From contig CAYFZI010000008.1 in assembly GCA_964347635.1 (NCBI GenBank), forward strand, positions 122 through 64,121: 64,000 bases of DNA, in the 5' to 3' direction. The position numbers were made by a program, and so were the translations under genes. Origin of the DNA: an uncultured Dehalococcoidia bacterium. GTDB taxonomy: Bacteria; Chloroflexota; Dehalococcoidia; Bin125. A model generated the notes under the pieces. It was given only the letters and a program-made list of their open reading frames with translations. It was not told the origin of the DNA and made no database searches. Positions 20,202 to 29,523 of the stretch are shown in pieces; position 1 is the first letter of the stretch; each line of letters opens with the position of its first letter.

Positions 20202-20777
20202 GTGGCGCGCCTCGCCTACCTGTCAAGCGGCGACACCGATGAACTGATTCATCTGACCGCGGCCGGGTTTCCAGGAACACCAGCGTTTCATCTCCGGGGC
20301 GAGGAAGGCGAACACCTGCTGCTGTCGGCGTTCGCGCAGCCGCGTTGGCCTTATCACCGCACGCTTCAGCGCAAGGCGGCGGCGCTTCACTACCACCTGT
20401 CTCAGAATCATCCATTCATCGACGGCAACAAACGCTTCGCCCTGATGGCGATGGCAGTGTTCCTCAGGCGCAATCACGCTCTGCTCCTCGCGGGCAATGA
20501 CGAGCTGCTCGAATACAGCCTGAACGTTGTGAGCGGCGCCATCAGCCGCGATGCATCGTTTGAGTTCATTGAGCGGCGCACCATACGGCTCCAATGGAGC
20601 AACCGAGCAATCGAGCGCTGGGCGCACCGCCTGTCAGATGCCGACGCTGAAGCGTCGGCGCAAGCGCTCAGGTATGTGCTGCGCTACGTGCGCGGCAGCC
20701 GCCCGGCAACGTTCCACGCTGCTGAGGACGCTCTTGGAGTGCTGCTGCAGCTTCTGCAGACGCGCAGCCGCACTTGA
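20202..20777 (+). CDS. Doc/Fic family toxin (death-on-curing)
   Basis: GTG start. HPFIDGNKR matches the Doc variant of the Fic motif (HxFx[DE]GNKR). 191 aa, with a C-terminal extension. Confidence 0.8.
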   Translation: MARLAYLSSGDTDELIHLTAAGFPGTPAFHLRGEEGEHLLLSAFAQPRWPYHRTLQRKAAALHYHLSQNHPFIDGNKRFALMAMAVFLRRNHALLLAGNDELLEYSLNVVSGAISRDASFEFIERRTIRLQWSNRAIERWAHRLSDADAEASAQALRYVLRYVRGSRPATFHAAEDALGVLLQLLQTRSRT

Positions 20778-20835
20778 CGAAACCGCTGTCTCTGCCCCAC
20801 AGTCGAGGCGGCGGCGGGCCGCGGGGGCGACAGAC

Positions 20836-21192
20836 ATGGTGCAAGCAGTCGGACATTTGGAGGCTCCGCCGCGGACGGGCGCGGGCCGGGCCGAGGGGCG
20901 GGTCAGCGGATCGAGTCCCGATCACGCAGCGCGCTGCGCGATTCTCACGCCCAGCGGTGCGCTGCTGGCGCGCGGGCGGGTCGCCGACCGCTCGCCGCAG
21001 CACGTCGGCGAGGCCTATTCCCTGCAGCTGACCGACGTCGCGCCGCCGGGTGCCCTAGAGGCGCTGTTCCACGCCAACCAGCCCGAAGTCGTGCTGCGCG
21101 CCGGCAAGGACGCCGAACTGGCGCTGCGGATCGATCACATCACCGGCCCGCCGGCCGGCCGCACCTACTGGCTGCAGACGTTGGGGCGCTAG
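20836..21192 (+). CDS. Hypothetical protein
   Basis: Internal start MVQAVGHLEAPP within track ORF 20551..21192. No family recognised. Confidence 0.35.
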   Translation: MVQAVGHLEAPPRTGAGRAEGRVSGSSPDHAARCAILTPSGALLARGRVADRSPQHVGEAYSLQLTDVAPPGALEALFHANQPEVVLRAGKDAELALRIDHITGPPAGRTYWLQTLGR

Positions 21193-21241
21193 CCTGCAGT
21201 GCGCGGCGCCGGCGTCGGCGCTGCAGTGAGCGGAGGCGGAG

Positions 21242-22165
21242 ATGGTCGAGTTTCGCGAGCTGGCCGGCGGGCTGCAGTTCCCCGAGGGCCCGATCTGGAT
21301 GCCCGACGGCACGGTCCTGTTGGTCGAAATCGCGCGCGGCACGCTCTCGCGCGTGCTGCCCGACGGCCGCGTCGAAGTCGCGGCCGAGACCGGCGGCGGG
21401 CCCAACGGCGCAGCGCTGGGGCCCGATAACAGCGTCTGGATTACCAACAACGGCGGCTTCCAATGGCGCAATGTGGGAGGACGGCTGCTGCCCGGCCCGC
21501 AAGCCGACGACTACGCCGGTGGCTCGATCCAGCGCGTCGACCTGGCTACGGGCGCCGTCGAGGATGTCTACCGCGAGGTCGACGGGCGGATGCTGCGCGG
21601 GCCCAACGACCTCGTGATGGACGGCCAGGGCGGCTTCTGGTTCTCGGATTTGGGCAAGAACCGCGAGCGCGACCGCGATCTGGGCGGGCTCTACTACGCG
21701 ACGCTGGACGGCAGCTCGATTCGCGAGGCGGTCTTCCCGATCCCCGGCGGCGCCAACGGCGTCGGCCTCTCACCGGCCGGCGACCGCGTCTACGCCGCCG
21801 AAACGCCGACCGGCCGCCTGTTCGGCTGGGACATCTCTGCGCCCGGCCGGCTGGCCGATGCCGCGCCGGCGGCCGGCTTCGGTTCGTTCATCGCCAACGC
21901 CGGCGGCTACACGCTGTTCGACTCGCTGGCCGTCGAGGCCGGCGGCAATGTCTGCGTGGCCGCGATCGGCCCCGGCGGGGTGACGGTGATCGACCCCGAA
22001 AGCGGTGCGGTGGAGCACACCGCGGTCGGCGACGATCCGCTCACGACCAACATCTGCTTCGGCGGCGCGGACATGCGCACTGCGTATCTGACCCTGTCGA
22101 CCAGCGGGCGGCTGATCAGCTGCGCCTGGCCGCGCCCCGGCCTGCGCCTGCATCACTCCGCCTGA
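21242..22165 (+). CDS. SMP-30/gluconolactonase/LRE family protein
   Basis: GPIWMPDGTVLLVE...GPNGAALGPD... six-bladed propeller signature. Confidence 0.85.
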   Translation: MVEFRELAGGLQFPEGPIWMPDGTVLLVEIARGTLSRVLPDGRVEVAAETGGGPNGAALGPDNSVWITNNGGFQWRNVGGRLLPGPQADDYAGGSIQRVDLATGAVEDVYREVDGRMLRGPNDLVMDGQGGFWFSDLGKNRERDRDLGGLYYATLDGSSIREAVFPIPGGANGVGLSPAGDRVYAAETPTGRLFGWDISAPGRLADAAPAAGFGSFIANAGGYTLFDSLAVEAGGNVCVAAIGPGGVTVIDPESGAVEHTAVGDDPLTTNICFGGADMRTAYLTLSTSGRLISCAWPRPGLRLHHSA

Positions 22166-22277
22166 GCGCCGCGCGCCGCTTGTCCGGCTGGGGCCGCGGG
22201 GATAGCCTGCGCAACGGCCGCAGCGCTGTGCGGCGCGCGGTCTGCGCGTATCTAGTGTGCGCCTGGAAGGTGGACTG

Positions 22278-22826
22278 ATGGAGCGCTTCGCCGGCCTGCT
22301 GCAGCAGCTGCCGCGCTCGAAGGGCGAGCTGCTGCGCGCGCTGCATCTGGCCCAGGAACAGCTCGGCTGGGTGCCCCGCAGCGCGATCCGGCTGATCGGC
22401 CGCCACCTGCGCATGACCGACGCCGAGGTCTACGGCGCGGCCAGCTTCTACGCCGAGTTCCGCCATTCGCCGCCCCCTCGGACGCTCGTTACCTGGTGCT
22501 CCGGGCCTGCCTGCCGAGTCGTCGGCGGCGACCGCGTACGGCGCATTCTGGAGGCCGAGCTGGGCTGCAAGATGGGCCAGAACGACGCGGAGGACGAGTA
22601 CGGCCTCTGGCTGGGGCAATGCAACGGCACCTGCGAGCGCGCGCCGATGGTCTGGGTCAACGGACGCGTCGTGGGCCCGCTGACGATGGTGGACACGGTC
22701 AAGCTGGCGCGCCGCATTCGCGCCGGCGAGGATGTCATCGAGTGGCCTCAGCGCCCGATCAAAATCGCGCCGGCGGTGTTTGTCGACGCTGAGTCGGTCT
22801 ACGGCGAGGGCGAGGCAGGCTCATGA
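22278..22826 (+). CDS. NuoE-like NAD(P)H dehydrogenase 24-kDa subunit (thioredoxin-like [2Fe-2S])
   Basis: The Cys pattern CSGPAC...CNGTC...APMVWVNG is typical of NuoE/HoxE. Start at MERFAGLL. The stop overlaps the nuoF-like start (ATGA). Confidence 0.8.
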   Translation: MERFAGLLQQLPRSKGELLRALHLAQEQLGWVPRSAIRLIGRHLRMTDAEVYGAASFYAEFRHSPPPRTLVTWCSGPACRVVGGDRVRRILEAELGCKMGQNDAEDEYGLWLGQCNGTCERAPMVWVNGRVVGPLTMVDTVKLARRIRAGEDVIEWPQRPIKIAPAVFVDAESVYGEGEAGS

Positions 22827-24769
22827 GCGCGGCCTACGACGCGCTGCGCGAAGCGGCGGAGCTGCAAGCGGCGCCGCGCAGCGCTGCGCAGCGGCCGCTG
22901 CTGCGGGTTGACCTCAGCACATCCTCGATCGCCGCCGGCGCAGACCTGCTCTGGGAGGCGCTGGAGGCGGCGATCGCCGACGGCCGACACGACGTTGAAC
23001 TGATGCGCGTGGGCACGCTCGGCATGTCCTGGCTCGAACCCGTCGTGGAGGTCGAGTGCGGCGGCGCGGCGCTGGTCTACGGACCGGTGCCGGCGGCCGA
23101 TGCCGCGCAGTGGTTGGCGGCGGCGCTCAGCGATGACCCGGTCGAAGCGGCCGGCGGCTGGCTGATCGGGGCGCGCACAGGCTCGGCCGGCGGCGCCCCG
23201 GCGCTGCGCGACGGGCCGTTCTGGGCGCTCCAGGAGCGGCGGCTCATGCAGCGCATGGGCGTGATCGATCCAGAGCGGATCGACGAAGCGATCGCCGCCG
23301 GCGCCTACGCCGCGCTGGACCGCGCGCTGACGATGGAGCCGATCGCGATCTGCAACTTGGTCGAGGCGGCGGGCGTGGGCGGGCGCGGCGGCGGCGGTTT
23401 TCCGGCCGGGCGCAAGTGGAAGTTCCTGCTCGGCGCGCCGGGGCCGACCAAGTACCTCGTCTGCAACGCCGACGAGGGCGATCCGGGCGCATTCGTCAAC
23501 CGCGTGCTGATGGAGTCCGACCCGCATCTGGTCATCGAGGGCATGGCGATCGCCGCCCGCGCGACCGGCGCGTCGCACGGTTTCATCTACATCCGCGATG
23601 AGTATCCGCTCGCGATCGAGCGGATGGAGCTGGCGCTGAGCGAGGCGCGCGCGCGCGGCCTGCTCGGCGCGTCGCTGCTGGACAGCGGGTTCGCCTTCGA
23701 CCTGGAGGTCACGCGCGGGGCCGGCTCCTACGTCTGCGGCGAGGAGACCGGCCTGATCGCCTCGGTCGAAGGGCTGCGCGGGATGCCCAAGATCCGCCCG
23801 CCCTTCCCCGCTCAGCGCGGCGTCTTCGATATGCCCTCCAACGTCAACAACACCGAAACCTACGCCAACGTGCCGCTGATCATCGAGCACGGCGCGGCCT
23901 GGTACCGCGAGTTCGGCACCGAATCGGACCCCGGCACCAAGATGTTCAGCATCTCCGGCTCGCTGCAGCGGCCCGGCATCCTCGAAGTCCCCTTCGGGCT
24001 GCCTATGGATCGGCTGCTGCTCGAGGCCGGCGGCGGCCCCGAGCCGGGCCGCCAGCCGAAGGGCATTCAGCCGGGCGGACCGCTGGGCGGCCTGCTGCCT
24101 GCCTCCGACCTAGGGCTCGCGCTGGAGCGTCCGCCCTTCACCGAGCGCGGCGTGCTGCTCGGCTCGGGCGGGCTGATCCTGTTCGACGAGCGCGCTTCGG
24201 CGGTCGACCTGACGCTCTACTTCTCGGAGTTCTGCGAGGATGAATCGTGCGGGCGCTGCACCACCTGCCACGGCGGCTCCCAGCGCCTGGTCGAACTGCT
24301 GCAGCGGATCATGCAGGGCGGGGGACGGCGCGAGGACCTCGAGCGGATCGGTGCGCTCGACCGCACGCTGCAGAACTCCAACTGCCTGCACGGCCAGTTC
24401 ACCCCCTACGCCGTGCGCGGGCTGGTGAACTACTTCCGCGATGAGCTCGATCTCCACATCGACCAGCGCCGCGACCCGGCCCAAGTCGCGCCGGGCCTGA
24501 TTCGCTACCTGATCACCGACCCAACCGCACCCGAGCTGAGCGAAGCGGCCGAGCTCTGCCCGACCGCGGCGATCGTGCCCCGCGAACGCGCAGCGGATGC
24601 AGACGGTACAGACGATGGTGCAGCCGCGGCCGCCACCCCCGAATCACAGGGCTGGCGGATTGAAGATTCCGCCTGCATCCGCTGCGATGTCTGCCGCGAA
24701 GCCGCGCCCGCCGCGGTGCGCATCGAAGATCGCTTCCTGGCCCTGATCGAGCCCGCCGCGGCGGGCTGA
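22823..24769 (+). CDS. NuoF-like NADH dehydrogenase 51-kDa subunit, with N-terminal extension and C-terminal ferredoxin-like domain
   Basis: GGGGFPAGRKWKF is the FMN/NADH site. ESCGRCTTCHGG is the [4Fe-4S] site. C-terminal CIRCDVC. 648 aa. Confidence 0.85.
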   Translation: MSAAYDALREAAELQAAPRSAAQRPLLRVDLSTSSIAAGADLLWEALEAAIADGRHDVELMRVGTLGMSWLEPVVEVECGGAALVYGPVPAADAAQWLAAALSDDPVEAAGGWLIGARTGSAGGAPALRDGPFWALQERRLMQRMGVIDPERIDEAIAAGAYAALDRALTMEPIAICNLVEAAGVGGRGGGGFPAGRKWKFLLGAPGPTKYLVCNADEGDPGAFVNRVLMESDPHLVIEGMAIAARATGASHGFIYIRDEYPLAIERMELALSEARARGLLGASLLDSGFAFDLEVTRGAGSYVCGEETGLIASVEGLRGMPKIRPPFPAQRGVFDMPSNVNNTETYANVPLIIEHGAAWYREFGTESDPGTKMFSISGSLQRPGILEVPFGLPMDRLLLEAGGGPEPGRQPKGIQPGGPLGGLLPASDLGLALERPPFTERGVLLGSGGLILFDERASAVDLTLYFSEFCEDESCGRCTTCHGGSQRLVELLQRIMQGGGRREDLERIGALDRTLQNSNCLHGQFTPYAVRGLVNYFRDELDLHIDQRRDPAQVAPGLIRYLITDPTAPELSEAAELCPTAAIVPRERAADADGTDDGAAAAATPESQGWRIEDSACIRCDVCREAAPAAVRIEDRFLALIEPAAAG

Positions 24770-24940
24770 GACTGAGACCGGACGGAACGGCTCGACGGAA
24801 GCGCAGCCCGCACGGCGCCGGATATTACGCGTTTGAATTGATAATCTGTCTGTGCACTTAGTACTGCGGATGCCCCATCGTACACGCTAGCGTGTACGAT
24901 GGGGTGGGCAGCGCGGGAAGGATACGGCGTGGCAACGCCG

Positions 24941-27655
24941 ATGCGGCGGCAATATCTCGAGCAGAAGGCTCGCTACCCCGACGCGATCCTGTTCTTCCGC
25001 TTGGGCGATTTCTACGAAACCTTCGACGACGATGCAAAGCTGATCGCCGCGGAGCTGGGCATCACGCTGACCTCGAAGCCGATGGGCGGCGGCCTGCGGG
25101 CGCCGCTGGCCGGCGTCCCGGTGGCGCACGTCGAGTCGCATCTGGCGCGCCTGGTCGCGCGCGGGCACCGCGTCGCGATCTGCGAGCAGCTCGAGGACCC
25201 GCGCGCCGCGCGCGGTCTCGTCCAGCGCGGCGTCGTGCGCGTCGTCTCGCCCGGCACGGCGCTCGAGCCGGCGCTGCTCGAAGCCGGCGAACCCTCGGCC
25301 TGCGCCGCGCTGGCACTGCAGCGCAGCGGGGCCGAGTGGCGGCTCGGGCTGGCCGCGTTGGACCTCAGCACCGGCGCCTGCCACGCGCTCGAGCTGCGCG
25401 CCGCCGAGCCGGCCGCGCTGGCCGCACCGCTCGCGGCTGAGCTGCTGCGCCTGGGCGTCCGCGAGCTGCTGCTCGGGCCAGAGCTCGACGAATCGCGCTG
25501 GAGCGTCATCGGCGCCGAGCTCTCCGAACTGCCGCAGCGGCGCGGACGGCGGGGCTTCGCCCCGGCCGAGGCACAGCGCGCCCTGGCGGCGCGTTGGGGC
25601 GGCGAACTGGGTGTGGGCGGCTCTGCAGACGCGGGCGCGCGCGCCGCGGCGGCGTTGGGGCTGGACGAACGCTCGGCCGCGCTGGCCGCGCTGGGCGGCG
25701 CGCTTGAGTTGGCCAGCGCGGCGCTGCCCGGCGAGGACGATCGGCTGCGCCACCTGGCTCTGCCGCGCCTGCTCGAGCCGGGCGCGCGGCTGCAGTGGGA
25801 TGCAGCGACGCAGCAGGCGCTGGCGATCGCCGCCGAGCAGAACGGCGGCGCACGGGCCGGCTCGGGCCCGCGCACATTACTAGAGGTCGTCGATCGCTGC
25901 CGCAGCGCCGCGGGGCGGCGCTGGCTACGCGCCGCCCTGTTGGCGCCGTTGCTCGATCAAGGACGAATTATGCAGCGGTTGGACCGGATCAGCGCGCTGC
26001 GCGGGCGCGGATCGCTGCGGCGCGCCGTCCACGAGGCGGCCCGCGCCGCGCCCGATGGCGAGCGGCTGCTGGCGCGGCTGGCCGCCGGCCTGGCGCGCCC
26101 CGCCGAGCTGGCCGCGCTCGCCCGCGGGCTGCTGGCCGCGGAGGCGCTGGCCGAACGGCTGCGCGCGGAAGCGCCCGAGGAGCAGCCGCTCCGCAGCCTC
26201 GCCGAGCGTATGAGCCCGGCCCCGCCGGCGGTGCGCGAACTCGCCGAGGCGCTGGCCGAGCAGCCGGAAGCCGATTACGGCGGCGGCGTGCTGCGGCCCG
26301 GCGCGGACGCAGCGGTCGACGCCGCGTCTGCCCGCCGGGCGGCCGGCCGCGAGCGGCTGGCCGAGCTTGAGGCCGCCCTGCGCGCCGAAACCCGCATCGC
26401 CGCGCTGAAGCTCGGCTACCACCGCACCTGGGGTTACTTCATCGAGGTCTCGCGCAGCCAAGCCGGCCTGGCGCCGGCAGATTGGGAGCGGCGGCAGAGT
26501 TTGCGCGGCTCAGAACGCTTCTCCGAGCCGCGCCTGCGCGCCTTGGCCGACGAGATCGAGGCCGCCGAGCGCGACCTCGCAGAGGCGGAGCGCTCCTGTG
26601 TGGAGCGTCTGGCTGCTGCGCTGGCCGCCGAGGCAGGCTGGATCCGCGCCTGCGCCGGCGCGCTGGCGCGGCTCGACGCCGCCGCCGGCCTCGCCGAGCT
26701 GGCCGCCGAGCAAGGCTGGACGCGCCCGCAGCTGAACAGCGGCACGGGACTGCGGATCGAGGCGGGGCGGCATCCGATCGTCGAAGCAGCCTGCGGCCCG
26801 CAGCAATTCGTACCCAACGGCCTCGAGCTCGACAGCTGCGGCGCGGGCGCGCCGCAGCTGCTGCTGCTGACCGGCCCCAACATGTCCGGCAAGAGCACCT
26901 ACCTGCGCCAGGCGGCGCTGATCGTGATCCTCGCCCAGGCCGGCTCCTTCGTGCCCGCCGCTTCGGCTCAGATCGGCCTCGTCGACCGGATCTTCGCGCG
27001 CGTCGGCGCGCACGACGATCTGGCCGCGGGGCGCTCCACGTTCCTGGTCGAGATGCTGGAGACGGCGCGGCTGCTGCACGGCGCGGGCGAGCGCTCGCTG
27101 GTCCTGCTCGACGAGATCGGGCGCGGCACCAGCACCTGGGACGGCCTCGCCATCGCTCAGGCCGTGGCCGAGCAGCTGGCCTCCGGCCGTCGCGGGCCGC
27201 GCACCCTCTTCGCCACTCACTTTCAGGAGCTCACGGCGCTGGCCGGCTCGGTGGAGCGGGTCGCCAACGCGGCCGTCAGCGCCGAAGAGGACGGCCGCGG
27301 CGGGCTGCGCTTCCTGCACCGCGTCCTGCCCGGCGCCGCCGATCGCTCCTGGGGCGTGCAGGTGGCGGCGATGGCCGGCTTGCCGCGCCCCGTGCTGGAG
27401 CGCGCTGCGCAGCTGCTGACCGCGCTGGAGTCGTCGGACAGCGGCGCCGAGGCGCTGATCGAGCTGGCCCCGCCGCTGGCGGCGTCCGCCACAGACGGCT
27501 CAGCGCTGCTCGAGGAGCTGGCCGCGCTCGACATTGACGGCCTCACCCCGCTGGAAGCGATCTCGGCGCTCTACTCGCTGCGCGAGCGGGCGCGTCTGGA
27601 GCTCGGTCCGGCCCCGCTGCAGGCGCAGCTCAGCTGGCTCGCAGCGGGCGGCTAG
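24941..27655 (+). CDS. mutS: DNA mismatch repair protein MutS
   Basis: N-terminal mismatch-binding domain (FYETFDDDA). Walker A GPNMSGKST. Start chosen at MRRQYLEQKARYPD. Confidence 0.9.
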   Translation: MRRQYLEQKARYPDAILFFRLGDFYETFDDDAKLIAAELGITLTSKPMGGGLRAPLAGVPVAHVESHLARLVARGHRVAICEQLEDPRAARGLVQRGVVRVVSPGTALEPALLEAGEPSACAALALQRSGAEWRLGLAALDLSTGACHALELRAAEPAALAAPLAAELLRLGVRELLLGPELDESRWSVIGAELSELPQRRGRRGFAPAEAQRALAARWGGELGVGGSADAGARAAAALGLDERSAALAALGGALELASAALPGEDDRLRHLALPRLLEPGARLQWDAATQQALAIAAEQNGGARAGSGPRTLLEVVDRCRSAAGRRWLRAALLAPLLDQGRIMQRLDRISALRGRGSLRRAVHEAARAAPDGERLLARLAAGLARPAELAALARGLLAAEALAERLRAEAPEEQPLRSLAERMSPAPPAVRELAEALAEQPEADYGGGVLRPGADAAVDAASARRAAGRERLAELEAALRAETRIAALKLGYHRTWGYFIEVSRSQAGLAPADWERRQSLRGSERFSEPRLRALADEIEAAERDLAEAERSCVERLAAALAAEAGWIRACAGALARLDAAAGLAELAAEQGWTRPQLNSGTGLRIEAGRHPIVEAACGPQQFVPNGLELDSCGAGAPQLLLLTGPNMSGKSTYLRQAALIVILAQAGSFVPAASAQIGLVDRIFARVGAHDDLAAGRSTFLVEMLETARLLHGAGERSLVLLDEIGRGTSTWDGLAIAQAVAEQLASGRRGPRTLFATHFQELTALAGSVERVANAAVSAEEDGRGGLRFLHRVLPGAADRSWGVQVAAMAGLPRPVLERAAQLLTALESSDSGAEALIELAPPLAASATDGSALLEELAALDIDGLTPLEAISALYSLRERARLELGPAPLQAQLSWLAAGG

Positions 27656-27658
27656 CGG

Positions 27659-29491
27659 ATGGCGGCGCCGGCTCCGATCCGCGAGCTGCCTGCGGCGGTG
27701 GCGGCGCAGATCGCCGCCGGCGAGGTGGTCGAGCGCCCCGCCGCAGCGTTCAAAGAGCTGCTCGAAAATGCGCTCGACGCCGGGGCCACGCGGATCATCG
27801 CAGAGGCCGAGGGCGCCGGCCTGGAGCGGCTGGCCGTGCACGACGACGGCGCGGGCATTCCCGCCGGGCAGCTGGAGCTCGCTTTTCGCCGCCACGCGAC
27901 CTCCAAGCTGGCGCGCGCCGAGCAGCTCTGGACGCTGGACAGCTACGGCTTTCGCGGCGAAGCGCTGCCCGCGATCGCGGCCGCGGCGGGGCGCCTGGAG
28001 GCCAGCACGCAGACGGACGGCGAGGCTGTCGGCGCTCGAATCGTCTTCGAGCGGGGGCGGCTCACGGAGCTGGAACGCTGCGCGCGCGCGGCCGGTACGA
28101 GCGTCGAACTCGAGCAGCTGTTCGCCGCGCAGCCGGCCCGCCGCGCGTTTCTGCCCGGCCCGCGCTCGGAGCGGGCCGCGCTGGCGCGCACCGCCGGCGA
28201 TGCGGCGCTAGCGCGCCCCGACGTCGGCCTGCGGCTCGAACTCGACGGCCGCGCCGCGCTGCGCCACGAGCCGGCCGGCGGCGGCCCCGAGGCGGCGCTG
28301 CGCGAGGCATGGGCGGCCGTCTTCGGCGCGGAATCGGCCGAGCGCGCGATCTGGTGGACCGAGGCCGATGAATCGGGGCTGGCCGTGGAGGGGCTGGCCG
28401 GTGCACCGCGCGATGCGCGGCGCGGCCGCAGCGGGATGCGGCTGTTCATCAACGCCCGCCCGGTGCGCGACCGCAGCCTCGCCTGGGCGCTGCAGGAGGC
28501 CTACCGCGGCTGGCTGCCCGCCGGACGCTTTCCGCTCGCCGCCGTGCGGCTCTCGATTCCAACCGCAGCGGTCGACGTCAACGTGCACCCCACAAAGGCC
28601 GAAGTGCAGCTGCGCGAGCCGGCGCGCGCCTTCAGCCTCGTGCAGCGCTCGCTGCGCGCGGCGCTGACGGTGCAGCCGGCAAGCTCGACGCTGCGCCTGC
28701 GCCGCCCCGACGCCGATCTCGAGTGGGCGCCGCGCTCGGGCGCCGCGGGCGCGGTGTCGGACGACGCCGGCGCGGTGCAGGGGCGAATCGACGAATCAGG
28801 AAGCACGCCGCGGCGCGCCGTCCCGGCGGCGGACGGCGCGGCGGCAGGCGGGCAGGCTGCGACGGACAGCGCGGCCGGCGGGCAAGCGGCGCCGGCGCGG
28901 CGCGGGCTGCCGCCGCTGCGGATGGTCGGCCAGCTGCACCGCACTTTCATCATTGCCGAGGGCGAGCAGGGGCTAGTGCTGGTCGATCAGCACGCGGCGC
29001 ACGAGCGGGTCGTCTATGAGCGGCTGCTGGCGGCCAAGGGCGCAGGACAGCAAGCGCGCCAGCCGCTGCTCGACCCGCCCGTGCTCGAGCTGGCCGCGGC
29101 TGAGTGGGCGGTCTGGCACGAATCAGGACAGGAGCTCGCCGCGCTGGGCTTCGAGCTCGATGAGTGGGGCGAAGGCGCGCTGCGGCTGCGCGCTGTGCCG
29201 GCCTGCAGCGGGCCGGACGGGCTCACCACCGCCGACGCCGAGCGCTGGCTGCGCGACGTGCTGAGCGAGCTGGGCGGCCCCGAGCGCAGTGAACAACCCT
29301 TCGACCGCGTCGCCGCTTCCGTTGCCTGCCACGGCAGCGTGCGGCGCGGGCTGGTGCTCGACGCGCCGGCGATGACGGCGCTGCTGCGCGATCTGGAGCG
29401 CTGCGCCGACCCCCACTCCTGCCCGCACGGGCGCCCCACGCTGGTCGAGATCGCCGCCACCGACCTGCTCCGCGAGTTCGGCCGCAGCTAG
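27659..29491 (+). CDS. mutL: DNA mismatch repair protein MutL
   Basis: GHKL ATPase N-terminus (AAGEVVERPAAAFKELLENALDAGAT). The gene starts 4 nt after the mutS stop. Confidence 0.9.
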   Translation: MAAPAPIRELPAAVAAQIAAGEVVERPAAAFKELLENALDAGATRIIAEAEGAGLERLAVHDDGAGIPAGQLELAFRRHATSKLARAEQLWTLDSYGFRGEALPAIAAAAGRLEASTQTDGEAVGARIVFERGRLTELERCARAAGTSVELEQLFAAQPARRAFLPGPRSERAALARTAGDAALARPDVGLRLELDGRAALRHEPAGGGPEAALREAWAAVFGAESAERAIWWTEADESGLAVEGLAGAPRDARRGRSGMRLFINARPVRDRSLAWALQEAYRGWLPAGRFPLAAVRLSIPTAAVDVNVHPTKAEVQLREPARAFSLVQRSLRAALTVQPASSTLRLRRPDADLEWAPRSGAAGAVSDDAGAVQGRIDESGSTPRRAVPAADGAAAGGQAATDSAAGGQAAPARRGLPPLRMVGQLHRTFIIAEGEQGLVLVDQHAAHERVVYERLLAAKGAGQQARQPLLDPPVLELAAAEWAVWHESGQELAALGFELDEWGEGALRLRAVPACSGPDGLTTADAERWLRDVLSELGGPERSEQPFDRVAASVACHGSVRRGLVLDAPAMTALLRDLERCADPHSCPHGRPTLVEIAATDLLREFGRS

Positions 29492-29523
29492 CTGGCCGCA
29501 GTCAGTACAGAACAGACCCGGTG

